From sequence record SRR2962707_2250: a stretch of DNA of 64,000 bases; one strand, written 5' to 3'. Positions 29,227 to 39,443 of this stretch are shown piece after piece; within the stretch, counting starts at the first letter, position 1, and each line of letters opens with the position of its first letter. Made by a program: the position numbers and the translations under genes. The notes beneath the pieces were generated by a model. It was not told the DNA's origin and ran no database searches. It saw only the letters and a program-made list of their open reading frames with translations.

Positions 29227-30598
29227 AATCAGCAGCCTCGCTTCCTGCAATTCGTCCAAATACGTTGCCAATCGTCATGCCAATTCCGGCGAGATATCCC
29301 TGCCCCAGAACGTTGCCTGCCATGATTTCACCTGCTGCAAAGATGTTCGGGCTTTCCGTGCCCGAAGCCATCTGCATCTGGGCTTTTGCGCTTACTTCGA
29401 CACCGAGATAGGTAAATGTTATTCCCGGGCGCAGCGAATAAGCGCTGAACGGTGGCTGATCGATGGTCTGTGCCCAGTTGGTCTTGTTCACCGCAAGTCC
29501 GCTGGTATGAAGACCATCTAGCTCGGTATGATTGAAATCACCCTGCCCTGCGGCCGCATTATAGTCGGCAACCGTCTTTTCCAGTTTTGCAGGATCAAGG
29601 CCCATGGCCTCGGCCAGTTCCGGAATACTGTTGGCGACAATTGCCGGGAAGACAGGCGGCATGAAGCCACCTTGAGCCTTTTTATCAATAATCACGTGGG
29701 CAACCTGATTTGGTTGATCGGCAACCAGACGCCCCCAAATCGCATAACGTTTGGGCCAGAAATCTTCGCCTTCATCATAAAATCGCTCGGCATTTTCATT
29801 CACAACAATTCCAAGCGATACGCAATCGACCCGCGTGCAAATACCGCCATCAAATTTCGGGGATCGCCCGTCAATTGCCACCGCATGGCACTGGTTGGGT
29901 TCGCCAATTTGCTGCGCACCGGCATCAAGCAACATGCGCAAAAGCGTCCCGCGATTATACGGCGTGCCACGGATCAGGAAGTTTTCGGCAATCTCACCCC
30001 AGGCTTCTTTAAGCCATTCGATGTTGGCTTCAAACCCGCCGGCGGCCGCAACAAACGCTGATGCGGATATCGGCGTATCATCAACCCAAACACGTTTGAA
30101 CGCGCTATCCTCGATGTCGATTGCAGTAACCATGGCGTCATAATGCACCTCAATGCCAAGCCCCTCTGCATGGCGATAAAGCGCGTTTAACAGCTGCTTA
30201 CCACCGCCCATGAAAAAGGCGTTCGTTCGGCCAAGATGCAACGTCCCCCCCAAGGGGGGCTGAAACTGAACTCCTCGCTTTTCAAGCCATGCGACAGCTT
30301 CGCTTGATTGACGCAATGTCATGCGGGCAAGATTCTCGTTGGTCTTGCCCTTCGTCACACGCAGCAGATCTTCCCAATACTCATCCTCGTCATAGGTACC
30401 GCTTAGAACGGAAAGTGGCCCGAGATGCATTGGCCGAAGATTGCGGGTATGGCGCGTATTCCCCCCCCGATGAGTTCTTGGCGCGCCCTCGATCAGGCAA
30501 ACGCGCGCACCTTTTTCCGCCGCCACAATGGCCGCAATCAAACCGGCCTGCCCCCCACCGGCGACGAGCACATCATAATGATCATGATCGGTCTTCAC
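29210..30598 (-). CDS. tcuA: FAD-dependent tricarballylate dehydrogenase
   Basis: RGGNTRHTRN, RTNAFFMGGGK, CHAVAIDGRSPKFDGGI and DFWPKRYAIWG motifs. Confidence 0.92.
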   Translation of the reverse strand: MKTDHDHYDVLVAGGGQAGLIAAIVAAEKGARVCLIEGAPRTHRGGNTRHTRNLRPMHLGPLSVLSGTYDEDEYWEDLLRVTKGKTNENLARMTLRQSSEAVAWLEKRGVQFQPPLGGTLHLGRTNAFFMGGGKQLLNALYRHAEGLGIEVHYDAMVTAIDIEDSAFKRVWVDDTPISASAFVAAAGGFEANIEWLKEAWGEIAENFLIRGTPYNRGTLLRMLLDAGAQQIGEPNQCHAVAIDGRSPKFDGGICTRVDCVSLGIVVNENAERFYDEGEDFWPKRYAIWGRLVADQPNQVAHVIIDKKAQGGFMPPVFPAIVANSIPELAEAMGLDPAKLEKTVADYNAAAGQGDFNHTELDGLHTSGLAVNKTNWAQTIDQPPFSAYSLRPGITFTYLGVEVSAKAQMQMASGTESPNIFAAGEIMAGNVLGQGYLAGIGMTIGNVFGRIAGSEAADYALNR

Positions 30599-30623
30599 GT
30601 GACGCTTTCCTCTCTTTGCATTT

Positions 30624-30643
30624 TTGTATACTTATGCATACAA
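30624..30643. promoter_or_regulatory. Putative GntR-type operator upstream of tcuA
   Basis: TTGTATAC-TTA-TGCATACAA with palindromic ends TTGTAT/ATACAA; related half-sites near 33813-33832 and 39391-39398. Confidence 0.5.
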
Positions 30644-30773
30644 TTTTTATCAAACTTGTCGCCCGATGGTTTTTCTGTCAAGTCAAAAGGAACAACCAGC
30701 TTGCTTTGCAGGGTTGGTTCTGTCGCCGTCCCTCAGCCTTAAGGGGCCTGCTTACCCCCTCACAACTTGCTGC

Positions 30774-32174
30774 TCAGCTTGTCAAAAACATGCCGCGCAC
30801 GGGCTTATCCGCCCCAACCTGCCAAAGCTGTTCCAGGCGTTTTGATGGCTCGGTCAACATCGAGCATTCGCTTGCCAGCTCGATAAACTTGTCCCCAAGT
30901 TGCTGATCAGAAAGTGCCGCATCCGGATCACCAATCCGGGTTGGCTGATAATGTTCAACCAATCGCCCGTCTTTAAGTTCAATCGAAACGCGCGCTCCGC
31001 GTGCCTCCGGAAATGCCTCTTCCGCCTGTGGGTCACAGTAAAGGTCGCATTCGTCGACCAATCTTGAAATCTCAGCGTGGGTGAGACGATCAGGCCCAAA
31101 GGCATCCAGCCGGACTGATCCCAAAACAAGCCCGTGTGCAACAACATAGCGAAGGTTGAACTTCCCTTCGAACGGGGCATCATGGCGGGCATTTCCCGTC
31201 ACATTCAGGGCCGTTTGATAGGTGCCGATGCGAATCGCTTTGACATCGGGGGCAGAAAACCCGTGCTGATTTTGCAGGAACAAGGCCCCGTCAATTGCCG
31301 CAAAGGTATGGCCGCAACAACCATGGTTTTTGAATGTCATCCGCGTGATGTTAAAGGACTGGCCTAGACTTTTTGCCGCCTTGTGCCATTCAACATTCAT
31401 ACTCATCGCCGCCCCGAAACCGGCATCGCCTTCAAGGATATCAAGCGCACCTGTTACACCATGCTGTGCGGAAATGGCGGCAAGATAGCCGCCTTCGGCC
31501 GCACGCCCAGCATGCAAGGGTTTACTCATGGCGTCTGATCGAAATGCTTGCTGCAACCCTGCCGCAAACGTCCCCGCTGTTGCCAATGCGTGGGCAGCAT
31601 GATTGGCATCCAGCCCCAACACCGCAGCACTCGCGGCCGCCGCCCCGAATGTCCCAACCGTTCCGGTTGTATGCCAAAAACGGTAATGGGCAGGTTGGAT
31701 GACTTCGGCAATGCGTGTCGAGACTTCGTAACCGACAATGATAGCCCGCAATAAGGTGTCTTGCGTCGCACCGATATGCTCACAAGTCGCCATCGCTGCC
31801 GCAATCACCGGACAGCCCGGATGATAAATTCCGTCACGGTAAATATCATCGAACTCGACAATGTGGGATGCCGTCCCATTTATAAGGGCCGCAGCACGTG
31901 GCAATGCATTCAATACACCACCGTTCTCATTGTGGCGTCCTTTTTGCCCCAGCAGAGTGCACTGCCCCACCCCGATCTCATCACCAAGTGCGGCAACAAG
32001 ATTGGTTGCCGGTTCTTTGTCTGCTCCTGCAAGAAGGGCCGCCATATAGTCAATCAAGGCGCGTCTTGCGTGATGATAGACGTCATCATCAAAATCAAAG
32101 GCACCCGCCTTGGCAATGAAGGCCGCAAAATCGGCAAGGGGGGACTTGGGTATCGCCGTTTTCCCTGCGGACAT
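30774..32174 (-). CDS. MmgE/PrpD family protein
   Basis: NGTASHIVEFDD, HPG, GYEV, SKPLHAG and FKNHGCC motifs; start overlaps the upstream stop. Confidence 0.9.
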   Translation of the reverse strand: MSAGKTAIPKSPLADFAAFIAKAGAFDFDDDVYHHARRALIDYMAALLAGADKEPATNLVAALGDEIGVGQCTLLGQKGRHNENGGVLNALPRAAALINGTASHIVEFDDIYRDGIYHPGCPVIAAAMATCEHIGATQDTLLRAIIVGYEVSTRIAEVIQPAHYRFWHTTGTVGTFGAAAASAAVLGLDANHAAHALATAGTFAAGLQQAFRSDAMSKPLHAGRAAEGGYLAAISAQHGVTGALDILEGDAGFGAAMSMNVEWHKAAKSLGQSFNITRMTFKNHGCCGHTFAAIDGALFLQNQHGFSAPDVKAIRIGTYQTALNVTGNARHDAPFEGKFNLRYVVAHGLVLGSVRLDAFGPDRLTHAEISRLVDECDLYCDPQAEEAFPEARGARVSIELKDGRLVEHYQPTRIGDPDAALSDQQLGDKFIELASECSMLTEPSKRLEQLWQVGADKPVRGMFLTS

Positions 32175-33772
32175 CAGAACTGTGTCCAATATTGTTTCGG
32201 ATCAATCCTTGCCCCAATGACAAGCGGTGTATTGGTCATCGGCGTTGCAAGGGCATCGGCCAGATCCTGTTCATTCTCGACCATCACACCGTTACAGGAC
32301 ATGGATTCCGCCATTTTGACGATATCGGTATCTTCGATCACGGTTCCGGTCGATGGATACTGACGAGCCATTTGTTTAAGCTCGATCCGGTTTAGCGAAT
32401 TGTCGCAGAATACAACGACCTTAAGCCCGAGCCCCAGCGACGCGGCCAGACGCAATTCGCTTTGAACCATGGCAAGCCCGCCATCCCCGGTAAAGCAAAT
32501 GACATTGCGATCCGGATAAAGGTATTTCGCAACCATCGCGGCCGGCAGCGAAAAGCCCATCGATGACAAACCATTTGAATTCAGGCAACTGCGCGGATTG
32601 TGCGTCGTCCAACCTTGCCCAACCAACAATTTGTGCGACCCGACATCCGCCGTCACAATCGTATCGGTGGGCGCATTGACCTTGGCTATGCGGATCACAT
32701 CTGAGGGGTTGAGTATCCCGCTCACACGTCCTGCTTCATATGCCGCCATCAGGGCGTCCCGATGGGTGCGAATATCACCCTCGGTGAAACCTTCCGCACT
32801 CTTCACCTCATCAGCAAGAGCAGCAAGGATGTGGGAAATTGATCCCACCATCTCAAGCGGGCTTGCGTAAATCTGGTCGGTATTTGGAACGGTATCGATG
32901 TGCAAGACCGGGGCAGATACATCCCATGGCTTAATCAGTTCAACCCCATCAAAGCCCGCAGCAATCACAAGATCGGCCGAACGCACCAAATCCCACATCT
33001 GGGCATTGCAGGCCATATCCAGAACGCCTGCAAACAAGGGATGGGTTTCGCCAACTGTTCCCTTTGCCATCGGCGATGAAACAAGTGCGGCCCCAATCCG
33101 TTCGGCCAGTGCGGCAATCTCGGCACCGGCATTCCCCTGCAGCGCGGAAATACCGTACAGAATGACCGGGCGGTTGGCCTTGTTGATCATGGCAACGGGA
33201 TCAGCACCCTCCTCGCCATAGACAACAATGCCGTGACCAACACCATTGGTCGGCGGCAAATGGATCTCGTCATCAGTTGCTTCGGCACCGACATAATCGG
33301 CCGGGGTCGTGATATGTACCGGCCCCTGACGTGGGGCCATCGCCGTTCTGTGCGCCTTGCGCATGATGTGCCCGGCGGTATGTGGGGCAATGCTGGTTGC
33401 CCATTTAGATACCGGCGCAAACAGGCTGTGCTGATCAACCACCTGATGTGTAAAGGTCGGCAACCGCTTGGTATCTATCTGGCCGGAAATGGCAATCATT
33501 GGCGTGCGGTCAAGATAAGCATTGGCCACCGCGTTCACCAGATTGGTCGCCCCCGGTCCCAACGTGGACAAAGCTACCCCCGGCTTTCCGGTCAACATGC
33601 CATAGGCCTGCGCCATTAAGCCTGCTGTGCCTTCGCGGCGACCAAGGATGAAATCAACGCCAACATTCCGGCATCCCTCAAGCAACTCGACACTCGGGTC
33701 ACCCGGATACCCAAACATCACATCGATTCCTGCGGCGCGCAGATATTGTGCCATTACTTCTGAGACATTCAT
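32174..33772 (-). CDS. ThDP-dependent enzyme (acetolactate synthase-like), second copy
   Basis: FGYPG, TLGPGATN, DVGSH, SSMGF and GDGG motifs; GGAGG RBS before ATG 33772. Confidence 0.9.
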   Translation of the reverse strand: MNVSEVMAQYLRAAGIDVMFGYPGDPSVELLEGCRNVGVDFILGRREGTAGLMAQAYGMLTGKPGVALSTLGPGATNLVNAVANAYLDRTPMIAISGQIDTKRLPTFTHQVVDQHSLFAPVSKWATSIAPHTAGHIMRKAHRTAMAPRQGPVHITTPADYVGAEATDDEIHLPPTNGVGHGIVVYGEEGADPVAMINKANRPVILYGISALQGNAGAEIAALAERIGAALVSSPMAKGTVGETHPLFAGVLDMACNAQMWDLVRSADLVIAAGFDGVELIKPWDVSAPVLHIDTVPNTDQIYASPLEMVGSISHILAALADEVKSAEGFTEGDIRTHRDALMAAYEAGRVSGILNPSDVIRIAKVNAPTDTIVTADVGSHKLLVGQGWTTHNPRSCLNSNGLSSMGFSLPAAMVAKYLYPDRNVICFTGDGGLAMVQSELRLAASLGLGLKVVVFCDNSLNRIELKQMARQYPSTGTVIEDTDIVKMAESMSCNGVMVENEQDLADALATPMTNTPLVIGARIDPKQYWTQF

Positions 33773-34387
33773 GGACCGATCCTCCCGGTTTGATTTCTTG
33801 TATGATTTTGAATTGCATACATTTGCACACAATTAAAAATCAAGTGTTTTATTTCACATTTCAAATAGCTGGTAAAAGTGGCCCGAAAGACATCCCTCTC
33901 AAATACTGAAACACTTCGTTACAAAATCTCAAAATATATAAATTAAAACATATACTTAATTGACGCATTTCAAAATTCGACAAGATCAAACCATACACTC
34001 AAAATACGAAAATCGGCGCCTATTCATTCACTCTATAACAAAAATCAATAGGATTAGCTGCTTGTTCAATTTCCTATCAGCACGCCCGATCCATAGCCTG
34101 AAGTTGAAATTGACGCGCAGCAAGTACCTGGTGCCCGCCCATTAAGCCCGCATCGACAGGCGCACATCCTGTCAAAACATGTTCGGGGAGAAAGGGTTAA
34201 GCCAAAAAGGCAATCACGATTTCCATTCATGCCGCGCGTCAAATACACGGAAAAACAGCAATCAATTGACTGGCGCACAAAATCAAAAACAACCCGCGCC
34301 GGACATAACCGACCAAATATCACCTGTGGCAAAACCGCAAAATGCGTGTGCCGCCGGGGTCAAAAAAATGGTCACGGAGGAACGAAA

Positions 34388-35455
34388 ATGAAAAAGCTGA
34401 TGTCCGCAGCATTTGCCTGCGCACTCTTGCTACCATCTGCCGCATCTGCGGCTGATTTCACCGACAAGACAGTCGAATTCTGGGTGCCGTTCAAAGAAGG
34501 CGGCGGAACCGATACCTGGGCGCGCGCCTTGCAGCCCTTCATTGCGGAAAAACTCCCGGGCAATCCCGACGTCATCATCGTTAACGAGACAACCGGTGGC
34601 GCAATCGGCGGGTCAAACGAATTTCACCGCCGCATGAAACCGGGTGGGGAAATGATCTTTGGCACCACCGGTTCGGTGCAGTTCCCGTTCCTGCTTGGTG
34701 ACAAGCGCGTGCGCTATGACTATGCTGACTGGGAACCGGTTCTGGCATCCCCGGTTGGTGGTGTTGTCTATCTTCGCACCGATAGCGGTGTAAAAAGCGT
34801 TGATGATTTCTCGACCTTGAAAGACATGAAGCTTGTCTTTGGTTCGCAGGCCATCACCACCCTTGATCTTGTGCCGCTGCTTGCCTTTGAAATGCTGGGT
34901 CTTGATGTCCAGGCCGTATTTGGCATGAAAAGCCGCGCTTTGACCCGTCAGGCCATCCAGCGCAGCGAAGTCAACATCGATTACCAAACCACCCCGACCT
35001 ACCTTAAGCACGTTGTCCCGCTGGTGGAAGAAGGCGAGATGGTTCCCTTCATGAGCCTTGGCGCCCTTCAGGCTGATGGCACCATTGGCCGTGACCCGAC
35101 CTTCCCGGACATTCCAAGCTTCCCGGAAATCTATGAAAAAGTGCATGGTGAAAAGCCATCCGGCCCAGCGTGGGATAGCTGGAAAGCGTTCTTTACTGCA
35201 GGTTACGGGACACAGAAATTTATTGTCCTGCCGAAATCGACCGATCAGGACGTGATTGATACCTACCGTGCTGCAATGAAAGAAGTTGCTGCCGACCCGC
35301 GGGCCCAGAAAGTTCTGAAAGACTCGCTTGGCAACTACGAAATCATTGTTGGCGATCAAGTCGTTCAAGCCATGAAAGACGCGACCGAGGTTCCAGAAGA
35401 AGCTCAGGCGTGGATCACGGCATGGCTCAAAGAGAAATATAACTTCTCCAACTAA
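34388..35455 (+). CDS. tctC: Tripartite tricarboxylate transporter substrate-binding protein (TctC/Bug-like)
   Basis: Signal peptide, VPFKEGGGTD...AR motif; GGAGG RBS before ATG 34388. Confidence 0.82.
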   Translation: MKKLMSAAFACALLLPSAASAADFTDKTVEFWVPFKEGGGTDTWARALQPFIAEKLPGNPDVIIVNETTGGAIGGSNEFHRRMKPGGEMIFGTTGSVQFPFLLGDKRVRYDYADWEPVLASPVGGVVYLRTDSGVKSVDDFSTLKDMKLVFGSQAITTLDLVPLLAFEMLGLDVQAVFGMKSRALTRQAIQRSEVNIDYQTTPTYLKHVVPLVEEGEMVPFMSLGALQADGTIGRDPTFPDIPSFPEIYEKVHGEKPSGPAWDSWKAFFTAGYGTQKFIVLPKSTDQDVIDTYRAAMKEVAADPRAQKVLKDSLGNYEIIVGDQVVQAMKDATEVPEEAQAWITAWLKEKYNFSN

Positions 35456-35544
35456 CGAAAACCAAATCGGCTCTCAGTCCGGTGCCGGATTTCTGGCACC
35501 GGACTTTCCCGCATTTACACACTCATTGGGAGCGGAAAACACTC

Positions 35545-37518
35545 ATGGTCGAGGCACTTGGCGGCGCGTTTCTGCAAATCTTCAGCACCGCGTCGATGTT
35601 CTATCTTATTGGCGGCGTTATCATGGGCCTTGTGGTCGGGGTCTTACCCGGCTTTGGTGGCACAGTCGGCCTCGCAATTCTTTTGCCCTTTGTTTATGGC
35701 CTTGACCCGGCATCCGGCCTTGCCTTGATGATCGGGGTTATGGCCGTAATCTGCACAGCAGACACTTTCCCTGCAGTCTTGATTGGCATTCCCGGCTCTG
35801 TTGGATCACAGGCAACAGTCCTTGATGGCTACGAACTTGCCAAGCAAGGGCAAGCTGGCCGCGCATTGGCCGCTGCTTTTACCGCCTCATTGTTTGGCGG
35901 TCTGATTGGTGCCGTGATCTTGACAGCGATCATTCAGGTTGCCCGGCCACTGGTGTTGTCATTTGGCACCGGGGAAATGTTGATGCTGGCCGCTCTTGGC
36001 CTCTCAATGGTTGGATTGCTTGCCGGCCGGTCCTTTATCAAAGGGCTTATTGCCGCCTTGCTGGGTCTTTTGATCGGCATGGTCGGCATGACCCCGACGT
36101 CGAATGAATACCGGCTTGATTTCGATACGCTTTACCTGTCCAACGGCGTGCCGTTGATGGTGATTGCCATTTCGATCTTTGCCATTCCTGAAATTGTTGA
36201 CCTGCTGCGGCGCGACACAGCCGTATCGGGTGAAACCAAATTGACCGGAAGCTGGATTACCGGCGTCAAGGATGCCTTGCGCAACAAATTCCTGATATTG
36301 CGATGTGCCGCTATTGGAGCGCTTGTCGGTATGTTGCCCGGGCTCGGGGCATCGGTTGTTGACTGGATTGCCTATGGCCACGCGGTACAAAGTGCCAAGG
36401 ATAAGGATAGATTTGGCAAAGGTGACATTCGCGGGGTTCTTGCCCCGGAATCTGCGAACAACGCCAAAGAAGGCGGTTCTCTTGTCCCCACATTGATCTT
36501 TGGCATTCCGGGATCGGGCGCCACGGCGGTTCTTTTGGGCGGCATGATCCTGCTCGGTGTTGAACCGGGCCTGAACATGATCAAAAGCGACATTGAAACC
36601 GTCTATCTGATCATTTGGTCTTTGGCGATTGCCAATCTGATCGGGGCTGCCCTTTGTGTTGTTCTGGCCCAGCCGATTTCAAAACTGACACGGGTGAATG
36701 TCCGGCTAATCGCACCGTTTCTGATCGTGCTTCTGATCTTTGCGACCTATCAATCATCGCGCAGTTGGGGCGATCTGATCTTTGCCATGGGGATCGGGAC
36801 ATTTGCGATCTATATGCGCCGGTTCGGCTATCCCCGCCCGGCTTTGATGATCGGTTTTGTGCTCTCGACCGGTGTTGAAACCAACTTTTACCAGACCTAT
36901 CAGTTCTATGGGCTTTCGGTCTTTGAACGTCCGATCTTCCTGATCCTTCTGGCCATCTGCTCTTTGACCCTGTTTGGCGGCTTACGCCTTCTTAAACGTC
37001 AAAACAAGGCAGCGCCGGACAACCCGATGACAAAGGCCAATCTTGGGCAGTTTGTCATGGCCGGATTGATGGCGCTCCTTGCGGTTTTTGCCCTGTTCTT
37101 TACCAAAGACCTTTCGTGGCAAGGCAACATCTTTACGCAAATTATCGCCATTCCAATGCTGCTTTTGTCCGCCGTCCTTATCTGGCGGTTACGACGTGGC
37201 GGCCTGCGCAATCCCGACATCGAAGACCTTGACCTTCTAACAGGCGATGGCACGGAACACCACAAAACCGGCGTTTGGTTCCATCTTGCATGGATTGTCG
37301 GTCTTTTGGCGGTTGCTTTCCTGCTGGGTTACTGGCTCGCAATTGGTGTCTTCTTGTTTGCCTTCCTGTCAATTCGCTCAGGGCTAAGCCTTGTGCGCAG
37401 CACCTTGGTTGCCTGTGGTGTTCTGGCTGGTGTGTCGCTTCTTTCATACCTGCTGCACCTTTATTTCCCGCAAGGGTTGATACAGGAAATCTGGGATCTC
37501 CCGTTCCCGTTGGCATAG
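35545..37518 (+). CDS. tctA: TctA permease with a fused C-terminal TctB-like domain
   Basis: GVLPG, IPGS, DGYEL, APESANNA and PTLIFGIPG motifs; about 150 extra hydrophobic C-terminal residues; no separate tctB. Confidence 0.85.
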   Translation: MVEALGGAFLQIFSTASMFYLIGGVIMGLVVGVLPGFGGTVGLAILLPFVYGLDPASGLALMIGVMAVICTADTFPAVLIGIPGSVGSQATVLDGYELAKQGQAGRALAAAFTASLFGGLIGAVILTAIIQVARPLVLSFGTGEMLMLAALGLSMVGLLAGRSFIKGLIAALLGLLIGMVGMTPTSNEYRLDFDTLYLSNGVPLMVIAISIFAIPEIVDLLRRDTAVSGETKLTGSWITGVKDALRNKFLILRCAAIGALVGMLPGLGASVVDWIAYGHAVQSAKDKDRFGKGDIRGVLAPESANNAKEGGSLVPTLIFGIPGSGATAVLLGGMILLGVEPGLNMIKSDIETVYLIIWSLAIANLIGAALCVVLAQPISKLTRVNVRLIAPFLIVLLIFATYQSSRSWGDLIFAMGIGTFAIYMRRFGYPRPALMIGFVLSTGVETNFYQTYQFYGLSVFERPIFLILLAICSLTLFGGLRLLKRQNKAAPDNPMTKANLGQFVMAGLMALLAVFALFFTKDLSWQGNIFTQIIAIPMLLLSAVLIWRLRRGGLRNPDIEDLDLLTGDGTEHHKTGVWFHLAWIVGLLAVAFLLGYWLAIGVFLFAFLSIRSGLSLVRSTLVACGVLAGVSLLSYLLHLYFPQGLIQEIWDLPFPLA

Positions 37519-37538
37519 CTCGATTATGGGAACCACTG

Positions 37539-37571
37539 CCCCGCTGCGCGGTCATGCAGCGGGGCTTTTTT
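37539..37571 (+). terminator. Intrinsic terminator after tctA
   Basis: GCCCCGCTGCG-N6-TGCAGCGGGGC followed by a T run. Confidence 0.8.
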
Positions 37572-37614
37572 CTTCTAGCGCCTGCGCCATCACATTCGCC
37601 ACACAGAGTTGCCA

Positions 37615-38655
37615 ATGATCAAGATTGATGCCTCACACCTCACCCGACTGATCGCAACAATACTGATCGGTATTGTTGGTGGGGTTGGCGCAGAACAACT
37701 TGGCGTGCCGCTTCCATGGTTGCTTGGCCCGCTTGCAACAACCGCGCTTGCCAGTATTTCGGGTGTCAAAACCGCAAGCAGCAAACACGTTCTCTCCCCT
37801 GCACGCACCTTTCTGGGCGTTGCCATCGGCGCATCCTTTACGCCTGCCCTTCTCGGTCGCATTGATGAAATGATGCTAAGCCTTGCCTTTTTACCAGTTT
37901 ATGTCGCGGTCATCGCACTGGTTGGCTATCCGTTTTTTCATCGGGTTTGTGGTTTTGACAAACCAACGGCCTATTACGCCACCATGCCTGGCGGGCTTCC
38001 CGACATGATTGCCTTTGGCGCGGCGGCTGGGGCCGATGTTCGGATATTGTCGATTGTACAGGCGACCCGCGCCTTTGCCGTGGTTGTCATCTTGCCACTG
38101 TTTCTGAGCATGGCACTTGGCATTGAATTTTCACGCGGACAGCCGATTGGCAGCCACTGGAACGAAATCCCGCGGAACGAAGAAATACTTATCCTTACTT
38201 GTGCGATGGGGGGCTGGTTTGTGGCCGCAAAACTGCGCGTCAAAGGCGCGACGATCATTGGCCCGATGCTCACCGCTGCCGGCATGAGCATGACCGGGCT
38301 GATCTCCCACCGCCCCCCAATTGAAATAATGACGATCGCCCAGCTGGTTGTCGGGGTTTCAATTGGCTGCCGTTATGCCGGAATTGACCGCCGCACCGTC
38401 ACCATTTCTGCCGGATCTGCGATTGGATTCTGCATTCTGATTTTTGCCGTTGCCGCCGGATTTGCGGGCTTTGTATCCGTGATCGGAAATATCGATTTTC
38501 TCGATACGATTTTGGCTTATGCGCCGGGTGGGCAGGCCGAAATGACTTTGCTGGCGATCATTGCCGGAGCCGATGCCGCGTACGTTTCGCTGCATCATGT
38601 GTGCCGGGTTTTTGTCGTCGTACTTGGCGCACCAATTGCCCAGCGGTATCTTTAA
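37615..38655 (+). CDS. AbrB-family (AbrB duplication) membrane protein
   Basis: PLPWLLGP, MPGGL and YAPGGQAEM duplicated motifs. Confidence 0.88.
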   Translation: MIKIDASHLTRLIATILIGIVGGVGAEQLGVPLPWLLGPLATTALASISGVKTASSKHVLSPARTFLGVAIGASFTPALLGRIDEMMLSLAFLPVYVAVIALVGYPFFHRVCGFDKPTAYYATMPGGLPDMIAFGAAAGADVRILSIVQATRAFAVVVILPLFLSMALGIEFSRGQPIGSHWNEIPRNEEILILTCAMGGWFVAAKLRVKGATIIGPMLTAAGMSMTGLISHRPPIEIMTIAQLVVGVSIGCRYAGIDRRTVTISAGSAIGFCILIFAVAAGFAGFVSVIGNIDFLDTILAYAPGGQAEMTLLAIIAGADAAYVSLHHVCRVFVVVLGAPIAQRYL

Positions 38656-38672
38656 TGGTCTGCGTTAAGAGA

Positions 38673-39326
38673 TCAGCTTTCAAGCTCCGCCTGAAGGCGA
38701 ATACGGGCGCGATAGGCGCTATTGATATGCGCACGTGCGGCTTTCTCCGCCTGATCGGGGTCGCGCCGGGCAATGGCATCAACAATGGCCTGATGCTCGT
38801 CAAGCGACTGATCCCCGCGGTTTGGGATAGCAAGCGTCGTCCCCGCCAACAGCACAAGCGATACCCGCATATTTTCAAGCAGATCATCCAGGAACCGGTT
38901 ACGCGCCAAAAGATGAATTTGCCGATGAAACAGCTTGTTGCGGCGCATCAGCTGCCCCGGATTATCAACAAAAGCACGGTCCGCATCGACCATTTCGCGC
39001 AAGACGTTAATTTCGACATCCGTCGCATGCAGGGCCGCAAGCCTTGCGGCCGTGCCCTCCATCACTTCACGCACAAGATAAAGCTCGCCGATTTCGCGGT
39101 AATCAAGAACCGTAACAACGGCCCCGTGATGTGGCTCATGGGTTACAAGCCCCTGCTGCTCAAGACGTTTAAGGGCTTCACGCACTGGTGTTCGGCTGAT
39201 CCCGAACCGATCGGCGATTTCAACTTCCCGCAGACGGCTCCCCGGTGCCAGATCCCCACAATCAATCGCATCAAGCAGCATGTCATAAGCGCTCGATCCG
39301 CTCGGTTTTGTTTGCATTTTGGCCAT
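38673..39326 (-). CDS. GntR-family regulator (FCD domain)
   Basis: LAPGSRLRE...FGISRTPVREAL HTH; FH...ARN and EH..IVDAI motifs; start uncertain. Confidence 0.92.
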   Translation of the reverse strand: MAKMQTKPSGSSAYDMLLDAIDCGDLAPGSRLREVEIADRFGISRTPVREALKRLEQQGLVTHEPHHGAVVTVLDYREIGELYLVREVMEGTAARLAALHATDVEINVLREMVDADRAFVDNPGQLMRRNKLFHRQIHLLARNRFLDDLLENMRVSLVLLAGTTLAIPNRGDQSLDEHQAIVDAIARRDPDQAEKAARAHINSAYRARIRLQAELES

Positions 39327-39443
39327 GTCTCGGGGCTCCGGAAGTGTTTTGTACTTAACAAGCATCATCTTGATACATTTGGACTCGGGCGTATACAACC
39401 GTAAAACGCTCTGTGACACAACCGACATCCGGGAGGAAGCCTT

